Positions 1 to 16,000 of a stretch of 64,000 nt of DNA are shown one piece after another. The number at the start of each line of letters is the position of its first letter. The first letter of the stretch is position 1. The stretch covers positions 188,914,001 to 188,978,000 of the forward strand of contig OZ024742.1 of the NCBI GenBank assembly GCA_964016885.1, written 5' to 3'. The translations under genes were made by a program, and so were the position numbers. The notes beneath the pieces are model-generated. The model was not told the DNA's origin. It made no database searches and worked only from the letters and a program-made list of their open reading frames with translations. The DNA is from Eledone cirrhosa. Its lineage: Eukaryota.

Positions 1-1267
1 CCTCTAAGTGACCCATAACGAGCGTTGCATATGTAGGGGCCACTTTGGTACCCATGGCTGTTCCTTTTATTTGTAGATAAAGTTCGTTGTCATAGAGGAA
101 GTGGTTGTTTTCCAATACTAATTTAAGTCCTTCCAAGATGAATTCTTTGGGGAATCTTTCTGAAATGTGACTTGAGTGTTTTGTAATCCAGAAGTCCACA
201 GCTTCAATCCCTAGGTCGTGTGGGATGTTAGTGTACAGGCTTATTACATCAAAACTGACTAGGATGGTATCCTGGTGTACTTTTTGGGGGATATAGTTAA
301 GGAATTCCATATCATCTCTGATGTAGCTTGGAACTTTTTTACATAGGGGTTTGAGTATGATGTCTAATAGGTTGCTTAGACGTTGTGTGCTTGAGGCTGG
401 GCCAGCAATAATGGGGCGTAATTTTAAGTCTGTCGGTTTTGGCGCTTCGATGTATGATGTATTTTTCCCTTTTATGTTGTTTTGGATTTCTATAGATTTG
501 TGAATTTTTTGTAATCCATAGAAATTGCTGGTTTTCATTTCGAAGTTGGTTAGGTAATCTACTTCTTTTGGTGTTAGGTTGTTTTGGTACTTTGTTGTTA
601 GTTTGCCTATTTGGTTCCTCGATTTCCTTTCTTCGTTTTTAGTGATATTCCTGTAGAAGTTTTCGTCATTCAAGTGTGCTAGGACCATAACTTTGTAGTG
701 GTTTGTGTCCATGATGACGATTGCTCCACCTTTGTCCGCTTCTTTTATTATTATTGAGGAATCTCTTTGTAGCTTGTTCAATGCTAGTAGTTGGTATGTA
801 GGGATGTTGCATTTGTGTTTCGTCTCGGCCGTATTTGTATGTGCTGATCGGCGAAGGCAGGTTATGTATTCCTCCAGGTATTTATCTCTATTTAGCGGGG
901 ATGTGAAGTTCTTTTTGTTTTTCACCAGTGATTCTTCCTCGTATTGTACATCCTGGAAGAATTCTCCTAAGCGTAATTTTCGACAGTATTCTTCTGTGTC
1001 TTTTATAACATCGGCTGTATCTGCTTTCGGAGTGGGAGTGAACTTCAGTCCATTTTCTAACAGTTGTATTTCTGGTTGTTTTAATTTCTTGGCTGATATA
1101 TTGATTATTTTTGGTTCGATTGGTTCTTTCTCGTCAGGTGCCACTTGAAAGGTGGTGCTTTTTTCTTTTTTTCTTTCATTTGGTGCGAGGCCCCTAGTCC
1201 TAAAAAATGGGTGCCATTTGGGATAGGGGTGTTTCTGTTGTGGTGAAACCTTTGGCCCGCCGGAACT
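1..1267 (-). CDS. Penelope-like element reverse transcriptase frame (runs off window start; not in ORF track)
   Basis: Manual translation is stop-free from 1267 to 2: [83 protein letters not shown], all typical PLE RT motifs. First in-frame ATG is only at 712. Confidence 0.93.
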
Positions 1268-1742
1268 TCATGTCGGTAACTGGTTGGGCGATAGACTCTT
1301 GCGTGGCCGTTGCTGTATGGGGGTCTGGTTCTTCTGTTGATTCGTTCAGTATTCATGTGTCTTTGATTTTGTCTCCGGTGATTGTTCTTGGTGTTATGGC
1401 AGTGGTTGTATCTGGTTCTGGTGTTGAGTATTGGGTCTGTATGTAGTTGTGTGTTTGGGGTTACCCAATATCTGGTTGTTGTTGGTTTATTGTGTGGGGG
1501 TGCTTCATTTCTTGTGTTGTTGTATTTTCCTGAGTTCTGGGGTTTCCTATGGGTTTGTTTTCTGGGTTTTATTTGGTCTTTCCCATAGTTATCTTCATAT
1601 TCTTGAAACCATTGAGTTCTTGACTCCAAGATTTTCTTTGATTTTAACTCCTCTCTAGTTGTATCTGTCTGCCATAGGTTAAGGAGTTTTTCACGTATAT
1701 TGCCGATGCTTCTTTTGTTATTGATTTTGTGTTGAGAATGGT
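1105..1742 (-). CDS. Upstream overlapping basic/low-complexity ORF of the same PLE, 5'-truncated at a (TA)n tract
   Basis: Track ORF 1105..1629; the frame stays open to about 1742 ([24 protein letters not shown]..). It overlaps the RT frame, which is -1 relative to it. Confidence 0.6.
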
Positions 1743-1757
1743 ATGTGTATATGTATG

Positions 1758-1838
<81 letters not shown>

Positions 1839-2618
1839 ATGTATGTGTGTATTTATGTATATATGCCCATGTGGAGGTATGAGTACATATTCGTGTGTGT
1901 ACGTATGTGTATGTGTGTTTTTATATGTGTCTCTATATGTTTTTGTGTATGTATGTGGATGTATTTGTACATGGGTGTGTGATTGATGGTGTGTGCCTAT
2001 ATATTCCTACATATGCCCGTGTGTGTATGTACGTATATCCGCACATATGTGTGTGTTGAACAAAGAACTAACTTTGGGATGGACGTAGAAAAATTCTTCA
2101 GGGAAAAAAAGAAAAAAATAATTATTCACAAATTTGACAGGTTCGATTTGCCTGTGACCATTCTCAACACAAAAGGAATATTAAAAGCTTTTTCCCCTGA
2201 ATAAAGGAATTTTTCGAGAATGACCGGGGCAGGCCGCACTTGCTACATTTATCCCCACCCAACCCTACTCACCGTCTCAACTCATTACTGCTATGAACAC
2301 TTTTTCAACACACCTACACCCATGCACTTATTAAAGGGGGAGAAAAGAAACCCCCACCACACCACAGACATGTTAAATCCCTATATATAGAACAACACAC
2401 CACATACACATCAGTTTGACAAGCGCACCTCAGCGTGAAAGGTCTTTCTAAAAACGAAAGAATACCTCCTACGTTAACCAAGAACTCCTAAGACCTAACC
2501 AGCAACCAACAACTTAATTTATAAAATAATTTTTTTTAAGAAAAATTCTTTTTGGATTTTGTGAAGAAAATAAATTTGTTGAAAGCACAAGTGAAGCCAT
2601 TTTTTCTTCCCCCCTGTC

Positions 2619-2667
<49 letters not shown>

Positions 2668-2746
2668 ATGTATGTATGTGTGTGTGTATATATATGTGTG
2701 TATGTGTGTATATTTGTATATATATATATACATATATATATATGTA

Positions 2747-2855
<109 letters not shown>

Positions 2856-2896
2856 TAAAATATATACGTGTGTGTATGATTGTGTATAGAAGATTA

Positions 2897-3268
2897 TATT
2901 AATAAAAGGACTTCCAACTTTGTCTGATTTACTCGTTTTATTTACAATCCTTTAACAGTTATATATGGTATTAGAATGAAATAGTATGGTAGAATATTAA
3001 ATGTTAAGTGTTAATTGAACAAGTACTTTCATGCTTTCTCAATCTTCAGGTTCATAATGTGTGGCGACACTCAAGTTTGAAAATTGCAAACTTGACTGTC
3101 ACCACACATTATGAACCTGAAGATTGCGAAAGCCTGAAAGTACTTGTTCAATTAACACTTAACATTTAATATTCTACCATACTATTTCATTCTAATACCA
3201 TTATACATTTTAAAGGATTGTAAATAAAACGAGTAAATCAGACAAAGTTTGAATTTCTTTTATTAATA
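2897..3268. mobile_element. Fold-back palindrome (about 180-bp arms) of a probable PLE pseudo-LTR
   Basis: 2897-3079 is the near-perfect reverse complement of 3087-3268; each arm holds an HHR motif; lies among (TA)n tracts. Confidence 0.8.
3112..3150 (+). ncRNA. Minimal type I hammerhead ribozyme motif (mirror copy 3016-3054 on -)
   Basis: TGAAC-CTGAAGA-ttGCgaaaGCct-GAAA-GTAC-TT-GTTCA: stem I TGAAC/GTTCA, intact core, palindromic GTAC in stem/loop III, weak stem II. Confidence 0.7.
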
Positions 3269-5198
<1,930 letters not shown>

Positions 5199-5215
5199 TA
5201 TATATGTATATGTTT

Positions 5216-5273
<58 letters not shown>

Positions 5274-5442
5274 ATATATATGTGTATATGTGTATATATA
5301 TATGTATATATATATATATATGTGTGTGTATGTGTATGTGTATATATATATGTATATATTTATGTGTGTGTATGTGTGTATATATATATATGTATGTATA
5401 TGTATATATATATATGTGTGTATATATGTGTATATGTATATA

Positions 5443-5492
<50 letters not shown>

Positions 5493-5843
5493 TATGTGTG
5501 TGTGTGTGTGTGTATGTGTGTGTGTGTGTGTGTATGTGGGTGTATGTGAATGTGTCTGTTGACACCTGGAATATAGCTTAAGAGAAATAAGACAATAATG
5601 ATAGACACCTAATATTTTGAACTGGTCTATAGAATTCTCTTGGTCTTCGTCACTCTAAGTAGAGCTTTAAAGAATTAGCTTTTAAAGAATTTCCCTTTTC
5701 TTTAAATCCATCAACCATGACCGATCCCCAACGATCTTATAGACACCTGAAATATAGGCATTGTTAGCTTAAGATAAACTTAAAAATAAGGAGTGGCAAC
5801 CCATTCTGAACTTGTTTATAGAATTCTTTCTGACTTTATCTCA

Positions 5844-5936
<93 letters not shown>

Positions 5937-6475
5937 GAGAATAAACGTGCTGCGGAGTTGCAAATGGGTTACATATGAATAAAGTGGTCCTTCATCAGTG
6001 ATCTTCCAACCATCATCGATATTTCTTCGCTTTAAAGACCATATACCTCCGGTTGGTGCGAGCAACGGCTAAAGAAAGTCGTTGGGACATGTAAGTAAAG
6101 GGAACAACGAGAGTGTAAACAAACAAAGATGGTGAAGCAACGAAAAATGAGGAAGAGCGAGTCAAGTCCAAAAATTTCCATGAATATAAGTTCGCTGAAA
6201 TCGTGAACCAGAGAGAATAAGGACCATCAAACCTGGTTGAAATGTGAGTAAGGAAGAAATTTTGCACAGGTCTAACGGGAGGAAGAAGGGGTCTAGTCTG
6301 TGAATTCGTTAAACATAAGTTCTGTGAAATCGTAGACGAGAGAGAGAATAAATGCCGACCGGCCTGGCCAAACGTGCGAAAGAAAAGAATTACGCACAGG
6401 TCAAACGGGAAGAAGGAGGAGGAGGAGAGGTAGTAACAGAGAGTGAGTGAGTGAAGGGTGAGGAAGAGGTATATG

Positions 6476-7114
<639 letters not shown>

Positions 7115-7800
7115 TGTGTGTGTGTGTTTGTGTGTACATGCACAAAACACATATGAAGTAGTGATCATCATGTGGTACAGCGAAAGACAGAAGTTAACAT
7201 GCAGGTCGCCACCTCCCATGTCCAGCCAGTGGCTGTAAGAGATACAGCAATCTATCCCGTACTACGCTAAGACCGAAAACGGCAAACTGCTGAACTCCGT
7301 ATGTGGAGGGGTGCGGATAGAGACAGGATGTTGTAGTGGTGGCGAGTAAATGTTGAAAAGCATTTACATTCAACGGGAACCTAACACCGATAATAGGCCT
7401 CCAGGAGCACAGTGCCGCAAACAGGAAGTAAACGCACACATGCACCCTCAAGCGAGCGCCATCTAGTGTTGGGTGTCGATGGTGTGGGATGTATAAGAAT
7501 TTGAATATGCGTATACATATACCCACTCACTTATACATACATGCATCTAAAAGTGGCTAGTGATGGTATGTAAGTGGAATGGCTTTTGGAGGTGATGTGT
7601 ATATATGTACACATGCAGGTTTGTGTGCATAGAGGGCTTAATTGATAGTGTTGTTGGGCCGATGGATCAAATAGGGTGGATATACACCTGTGTGAGGGAC
7701 AATGTAAAGATTACGTGTGTGTAGAAGTCTATATACGTGTGTGTGTTGCTTGGTATACACAGATGTGTGTGAATATGTGTATACTGTTATGGTGGCTTAT

Positions 7801-7862
<62 letters not shown>

Positions 7863-7888
7863 CCTTATCGAGCCCACTTCGGATTTTA

Positions 7889-7924
<36 letters not shown>

Positions 7925-7930
<6 letters not shown>

Positions 7931-8312
7931 TGTATATATAATGTATTTTGCAATACACTTTATGATTAATTAAAAACATTTTGAAGACCGTATGCTATTG
8001 TTTTAGAGTAGTGACAAACTCACTTACTTTAATCTCAGCAAACAATTATTTACTAGAATTCTATAAGAATATAACATCAGTGATCTCAGTAGACAGGAGG
8101 GAGTAGTTAGCCTTGATAAGCATCAATAAATGCGAAACAAGACATTTTCGGCTTATCTCCCCTTGTTTGCTGAGATTAAAGTAAGTAAGTTTGTCACTAC
8201 TCTAAAACAATAGCATACGGTCTTCAAAATGCTTTTAATTAAGCATAAAGTGTATTTCAAAATACATTATATATACATTCATATATATATTGGTATTTCA
8301 GAGCTCCAATTC
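7925..8312. mobile_element. Inverted-repeat element (about 120-bp arms) with an HHR variant in its spacer
   Basis: 7925-8045 pairs with 8163-8283; the same family forms a palindrome at 10999-11177. Confidence 0.8.
8109..8153 (+). ncRNA. Hammerhead motif with U3/A8 core variant
   Basis: AGCC-TTGATAA-GCATcaataaATGC-GAAA-caagacatt-TTC-GGCT. Confidence 0.6.
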
Positions 8313-8314
8313 TA

Positions 8315-8387
<73 letters not shown>

Positions 8388-8930
8388 TATATACATATGT
8401 ATGTATGAATGTATGTATGTGTGTATGCATATATGTATGCATCTGTATATGTATATACATACATGTATGGCTGTGCACCATGAAGAAAGCAATTATCGTC
8501 AGTTTTCAATAGTTGATATATGTATGCCTTCAAATATTCTAAATATATATAGAAATAGCTTCGCTGTTTACTATTTTTTGACATAATTATTTAAAGACAT
8601 TTTCAGAATATTATCATTCTAACTAACTGAATATCTTCAAGATATTTTCATAAATTGATCAACTCTCTTCCCCTCTTCCTCTATTTCTCTCTATATCTCT
8701 GTTTCTTTTCTTTCTATCCTTCTCTCTTTGTTTCTCTAGTGAGTTTTGTTTATGTTACGATTAATTTGTCTCTTTATTCTATTACTTAATTTCATCGTTT
8801 TTTTTCGTTTTTTCCTCTCTTTCTTTCACACTCATTCTCCTTTCTCTTGTCCTCTATGTCTTTTTCTCCCAATTTAACTGTTTATTTTACTAGTTCTCTC
8901 TTTCTCACACACACTCTCTCTCTCTCTCTA

Positions 8931-8965
<35 letters not shown>

Positions 8966-8967
8966 GT

Positions 8968-9078
<111 letters not shown>

Positions 9079-9204
9079 TATATATACAAAATTAATATCG
9101 ACACGCTACTAATGTATTCATTGCTTCACTTACTCTGATTACCCCCGATTGAACCATGGACACACACACACACACACATACACATATTTTTATTTATATA
9201 TATA

Positions 9205-9919
9205 CTAGCTAAACTACCCGTCCATTGGACGGTTCAACTAGCTTTCGATGTAGCTCATTAAACTAAACAAAGTAAATTTGAATACATATGTAGAAGAAAA
9301 AAACGTACTTTATGTAAACATGAAAACCTTAGGCACTATTCCAGCGAACTAATTAATATGTGAGCACGGTGTCTTTTTTGACAACAGTAAAAGCGCATCA
9401 TGAAATCGAGAAGTGAAGTGAATAATAGACACTATTATGTACAAAGCATAATATCGTAAAAGTTATGCCATCACTTAATGTATGAACATCAAGCTTGAAA
9501 CGATAAATTATACAATGTCAAATCTATAACTTAACTTAGTAATCTGTTAGAAATTGCTGGTTGTGAAATATACAAAATGATATTGTTAGTCTCAAGGAAG
9601 CGTACCTTTTGTTTTAAGTTCAAAGAGTAAATTAAAATCCGAATGAGCCGAATTACGAAAGATAACTCTTGTCTCACTTAAAGATTACTCTTGGCTTACT
9701 TAATCACGAAAATTGACACAAATAAGCGAAATTTGTTAATGTCTCCAAAGGCCCCAATATCGATTTTTGAAAGCCTTTGTAGATCATGTATAGGTGTTGT
9801 GCAAGGAGAAGCTCTGTAAAAAATTTCAAAGAAATCGCATGAATGGTTTAGAATATATGAGCCCTCATAAAAAATTGTCCACACACATACAAAAAACTTC
9901 GTCTTTATATATATACAGA
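9205..9919 (-). mobile_element. Non-autonomous Helitron
   Basis: Minus strand starts TCTGTATATATATAAAG after an A and ends with hairpin CCGTCC-aat-GGACGG, 9 nt, then CTAG followed by T (A|T target, no TSD). Confidence 0.75.
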
Positions 9920-9923
9920 TATA

Positions 9924-10045
<122 letters not shown>

Positions 10046-10049
10046 CATA

Positions 10050-10997
10050 CAGCCTGGGTCCCAAGTTCATATTGAAACAGAGACTAGACGACAAATTATG
10101 GCTCGACATAGAAACGAATTTCTGTCGGGTCGCCCACCAACTAAAATGGATATCGACTCTCGGCAACAACACCACGGAATCTAACACAACCAGATTACCG
10201 ATATACCTACTGGACTTCCCACTCTGTCCAGCGCCAGCCAAACGCGACCTGGAAGAAACACTCTCGAGGCTAAAACATTCCGTATCTAATATCTTACGGA
10301 AACAAAAGAAGATATCCCCAAACCTCTTCAGTAGGCAACAGCTCGCCCTGAAGAACCTGCGGAATAGGGAACTCATATACTTACCATCCGACAAAGGTAA
10401 AGAGTTTTGTGTCATCTCTCAAGCCACATTCAACAACCTAGCTTTTGAACACTTAAGCGACAACGAACTGTATACAGAGGTCCAGGACATAACTGCAGCC
10501 CAGATGGAAAAACAGGCCAACTCCGTCTGGTTTGACATCTGTAGTAGAAGATAACTCCCCAATAAATTTAAGTTCAATTACACTCCTAGAAATAGCAGTC
10601 TGCCCACTTTCTATCACCTGATCAATACCAACAAGAATAGTACTAAGACACAAATAAGACCCATCGTCTCTACATATTTGGGCCCCTATACAAAATCTCC
10701 TGGCTCTTCTCCCAGGTCCTAAAGCCTCTACTCTCCACCTTTCCCGGGCATGTCAGTAGCTCCGACGAGGTCATACGTAGACTACACCAACTCCAGCCAG
10801 AACAACTTAAATTAAATAGATACGCCTTTAGCCTCGACGTTGTCTCCCTCTACACCACTTTCCCCGCTCATCCAGCTGTCGATTTATTGACGGACTGCGT
10901 GGTCGCAGAAGACGTCCACTGCTACGGCCTCCATCCGACGGACATACACCAGCTTTTGTCCTTTACAGTGGACAAAACATACTTCACCTTCCATTAT
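10050..10997 (+). pseudogene. Degenerate PLE reverse transcriptase fragment (second family)
   Basis: [37 protein letters not shown] motifs; stop at 10552-10554 and a frameshift near 10690. Confidence 0.88.
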
Positions 10998-10998
10998 A

Positions 10999-11177
10999 AT
11001 TGGTGCTCTGAAATAGCGATATTTATATGAATGTATATGTAGTGTATTTTGCAATACACTGTATGCTTAATTAAAAGCATTTCGAAGACATTACGCTTTT
11101 AATTAAGCAAACAGTGTATTGCAAAATACACTATATATATACATTCATATATATATCGCTATTTCAGACCACCAAAT
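10999..11177. repeat. Palindrome (about 80-bp arms), same family as 7925-8312
   Basis: Arms 10999-11080 and 11096-11177 are reverse complements. Confidence 0.85.
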
Positions 11178-11180
11178 CTA

Positions 11181-11255
<75 letters not shown>

Positions 11256-11257
11256 TG

Positions 11258-11337
<80 letters not shown>

Positions 11338-11340
<3 letters not shown>

Positions 11341-11920
11341 TTATGTAACCCATGTGCAAACACGCAGTATCCTTCTTCCCATATTTTTCATACATATTTA
11401 CCTAGACTGCTATTATCTGTTTTTCTCTTTCTCTCTTACTGCTCCCCCGTTCTCTCTGTTTTCTTACCTTCTTTCGCCCCCTCTGTCAGTTACACTTTCT
11501 CTCAACTGACCTCTTCCTCGCACTTCCACTCACCCACTCTCTGTTTCTCCCCTTCTCACTTCCTCCCGTTCGTTAGGAGTGGGATTCTTTCTTTCCTACA
11601 TCCCATTCACGGCGAAAGGGCTGTATTCTGAACGCTCATGAAATTCACCCAGCTTATGCTGATCGCATAACCATGTTGCTTGTTTTTTTTCCCATCTTCG
11701 GTTTGCTTTTCCTTCTATGTTGTTTACTTGTCTCACTCGCTTTACGCGACTCACTTGTCCCAATAGCTTATTTTAGTTATTGCTCGCACCAACCTGAGGT
11801 ATATGATTTTTAATGCGATGAAATACCAATGGCGGTTGGCAAATCACTGATGAGGGACTAATTTTATAATATGTAACCCATGTGCAACCACGCAGTATCC
11901 TTCTTCCCATATTTTTCATA
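11338..11920 (+). mobile_element. Probable PLE pseudo-LTR remnant, related to 5935-6470 on the opposite strand
   Basis: About 50-bp direct repeat at 11342-11390 and 11870-11919; shared CACTGATGA(A/G)GGAC..ATGTAACCCAT..GCAAC..CGCAG motif with 5948-6002 (-). Confidence 0.5.
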
Positions 11921-13081
11921 TATATATATATATATAACATTCTCTTTTCTATCTATCATTCGATATATCTCTCTCTGCCAGAATTTAGATTTGATTCTCC
12001 TACTTCTCATTATCCCCCCCGCTCTCTATCTCTAACTCTCTCTGTATCTACTTTATCTCCATCTATTTCATCTCCTTTCTTTTCGTCGTTCTCTATTAAT
12101 TTCTTCCTTATTTTATTTCACTACTTCTATATCTTTCTCATTTCTTTCTCCAATCTTTCCCCCTCTTTTTCTGTCATTTCTTTCCTTCTCTATTTGAGCT
12201 ACTCCTAAACTCTTTCACCCCTCTCTCTCTCCTTCTCTCTATCTCATCACCCCTCTCTCCCCCATCTCTCTATTTCTGACTATCTCTTTAACCCATCTCT
12301 CAACCGCTCTCTCTACTTCTCTCTTTCTCTCTCTTTCTGCCTCCCTCCCCATCTCTCTCTCTGACTAGATTAAATTGGTAAAATGTTCTTGTTACAAATA
12401 CACATATAAACACCGTCTCAATTAGATTCCCAGTTATGTTTGGCAATCATTTGGCAGCGCAATTTTCAATACTGTTTGTTGTTGTTGCCGTTGTAAGTAC
12501 CAGTAATGCACTGGGATAATTTTTAATATACGCTGTGTTGTGCATAAATATTTGTTGTTTATGCACTTGTGCCAAAAGTAGAATCAGTTATTATTACTGT
12601 TGTTGTTTTTGATGTTGGTGTTGTTGCTGGTGATGTTGATGTTGTTGATGATGATGTTGGTGTTGTTGTTGTTGATGAACTTGGTGTTGTTGTTCGTGTT
12701 CTTGATGACGATGCTGTTGTTGATGGTGTTGTTGTTGATGTTAGATTTGGTGTTGTTACTGTTGTTGTTGTTGCTGATGATGTTGGTGTTATCGATGATG
12801 ATGTTGTAGATGTGGATGTTGGTGTTGTTGTTGATGTTTATGTTGTTATTGATGTTGTACCTGCTGCTATTGTTGCTGTTGTTGATGTTGTTGATGTTAT
12901 TTTGCTGCTATTATTTCTTTTTGCATTTCCATTTTTGTAAATTCTTTTTAACAAATAACAAAACTCGTTTGCTTCTCCAACGTAGCTAAATAGGTTTCCA
13001 TTATTTCACAAATAAGCATGATATGCCGAGAGAAAACAGCAGAGTATTTCTTTTTTTTGTTTTTAAAGATGACAGATAAGA

Positions 13082-16000
13082 ATAACACTACATTAATAAC
13101 ACAATAGTAATAACACAACAGTAATAAAATAATATTGATAACACAACAGTAATAACACAACAGTAATAACACCACACTATTAAACACAACAGTAATAACA
13201 CAACAGTAATAACACAATATTAATAACACAACATTAATAACACAACAGTAATAACACAACAGTAATAACTCAAAAGTAATAACATAACACTAATAACACA
13301 ACAGTAATAAAACAACAGTAATAACACAACAGTAATAACACAACACTAATAACACAACAGTAATAACACAAGAGTAATAACACACTATTAATAACACAAC
13401 ATTAATAACACAACAGGCATAACACAACAGCAATAACTCAACAGTAATAACATAACACTAATAACACAACAGCAATAACACAACAGTAATAGCACAACAG
13501 TAATAACACAACAGTAATAACACAACACTAATAACACAACACTAATAACACAGCAATAATAACACAACATTAATAAAACAACAGTAATTACATAACACAA
13601 ATAACACGACAGTAATAACACAACAGTAATAACACAACAGTAATAACACAACACTAATAACACAACACTAATAACACAACACTAATAACACAACAGTAAT
13701 AACACAACGGTAATAAAACAACAGTAATAACACAACATTAATAACACAACAGTACTAACACAACACACTGATAACACAACAGTAATAACACAACATAAAA
13801 ATAACACAACAGTAATAACACAACAGTAATACCACAACAGTAATAACACAACACTATTAACACAAGACTTATAACACAACAGTAATAACACAACAGTAAT
13901 AACACAACAGTAATACCACAACAGTAATAACACAACACTTATAACACAACAGTAATAACACAACAGTAATAACACAACAGTAATAACACAACACTTATAA
14001 CACAACAGTAACAACACAACTGTAATAACACAACAGTAATAACACAACACTAATAACACAACAGTAATAACACGACAGTAATAACACAACAGTAATAATA
14101 CAAGACTAATAACACAGCATTAATAACACAATAGCAATACCATAACACTAATAACACAACAGTAATAACACAACAGTAATAACACAACAATAATAACACA
14201 ACAGTAATAACACAACAGTAATAACACAACAGTAATAACACAACACTAATAATACAACCGTATTAACACAACAGGAATAACACAACAGTAATAACACAAC
14301 AGTAACACCACAACACTAATAACACAACAATAATAACACAACAGTAATAACACAACAGTACTAACACAACAGTAATAGCAACACACTAATAACACAACAG
14401 TAATAACACAACACTAATAACACAAGAGTAATAACACAACAGTAATAACACAACAGTAATAACACAACACACTAATAACACAACAGTAATAACACAACAC
14501 TAATAACACAACACTAATAACACAACAATAATAACACAACAGTAATAACACAACAGTAATAACACAACAATAATAATACAACAGTAATAACACAACACTA
14601 ATAACACAACAGTAATAACACTACACTAATAACACATCACACTAATAACACAACAGTAATAACACAACACTAATAACACAACAATAATAACACAACAATA
14701 ATAACACAACAGTAATAACACAACAGTAATAACACAACAATAATAATACAACAGTAATAACACAACACTAATAACACAACAGTAATAACACAACACTAAT
14801 AACACAACAGTATTAACACAACAGTAATAACACAACAGTAATAACACAACAGTAATAACACAACATACTAATAACACAACTGTAATAACACAACACTAAT
14901 AACGCAACACTAATAACACAACACTAATAACACAACAGTAATAACACAACAGCAATAAAACAACACACTAATAACACAAGAGTAATAACACAACAGTAAT
15001 AACACAAAACACAAATAATACAACAGTAATAACGCAACAGTAATAACACAACAGTAATAACACAACACTTATAACTCAACACTAATAACACAACAGTAAT
15101 AACAAAACAGTAATAACACAACACTAATAACACAACAGTAATAACACAACACTAATAACACAACAGTATTAACACAACAGTAATAACACAACAGTAATAA
15201 CACAACAGTAATAACACAACATACTAATAACACAACTGTAATAACACAACACTAATAACACAACACTAATAACACAACACTAATAACACAACAGTAATAA
15301 CACAACAGCAATAAAACAACACACTAATAACACAAGAGTAATAACACAACAGTAATAACACAAAACACAAATAATACAACAGTAATAACGCAACAGTAAT
15401 AACACAACAGTAATAACACAACACTAATAACTCAACACTAATAACACAACAGTAATAACAAAACAGTAATAACACAACACTAATAACACAACAGTAATAG
15501 CACAACAGTAATAACACAACAGTAATAACACAACACTAATAACACAACACTAATAACACAGCAATAATAACACAACATTAATAAAACAACAGTAATTACA
15601 TAACACAAATAACACGACAGTAATAACACAACAGTAATAACACAACAGTAATAACACAACACTAATAACACAACACTAATAACACAACACTAATAACACA
15701 ACAGTAATAACACAACGGTAATAAAACAACAGTAATAACACAACATTAATAACACAACAGTACTAACACAACACACTGATAACACAACCGTAATAACACA
15801 ACATAAAAATAACACAACAGTAATAACACAACAGTAATACCACAACAGTAATAACACAACACTAATAACACAAGACTTATAACACAACAGTAATAACACA
15901 ACAGTAATAACACAACAGTAATACCACAACAGTAATAACACAACACTTATAACACAACAGTAATAAAACAACAGTAATAACACAACAGTAATAACACAAC

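Noticed and set aside
705-1148. Plus-strand ORF, and similar antisense ORFs over the LINEs
   Set aside because: Shadows of real minus-strand retroelement frames.
7140-7800. GC-richer island as a host exon (also 43205-43330 and 49300-49660)
   Set aside because: No recognisable protein motif or consistent splice structure.
11845-11900. Hammerhead in the 5935/11338 family
   Set aside because: CTGATGA is present but GAAA is replaced by GCAA and stems could not be paired convincingly.
12569-12940. Val/Asp-rich ORF or Thr-rich antisense exon
   Set aside because: Degenerate (GTT/GAT)n tract; the Thr-rich frame contains a stop.
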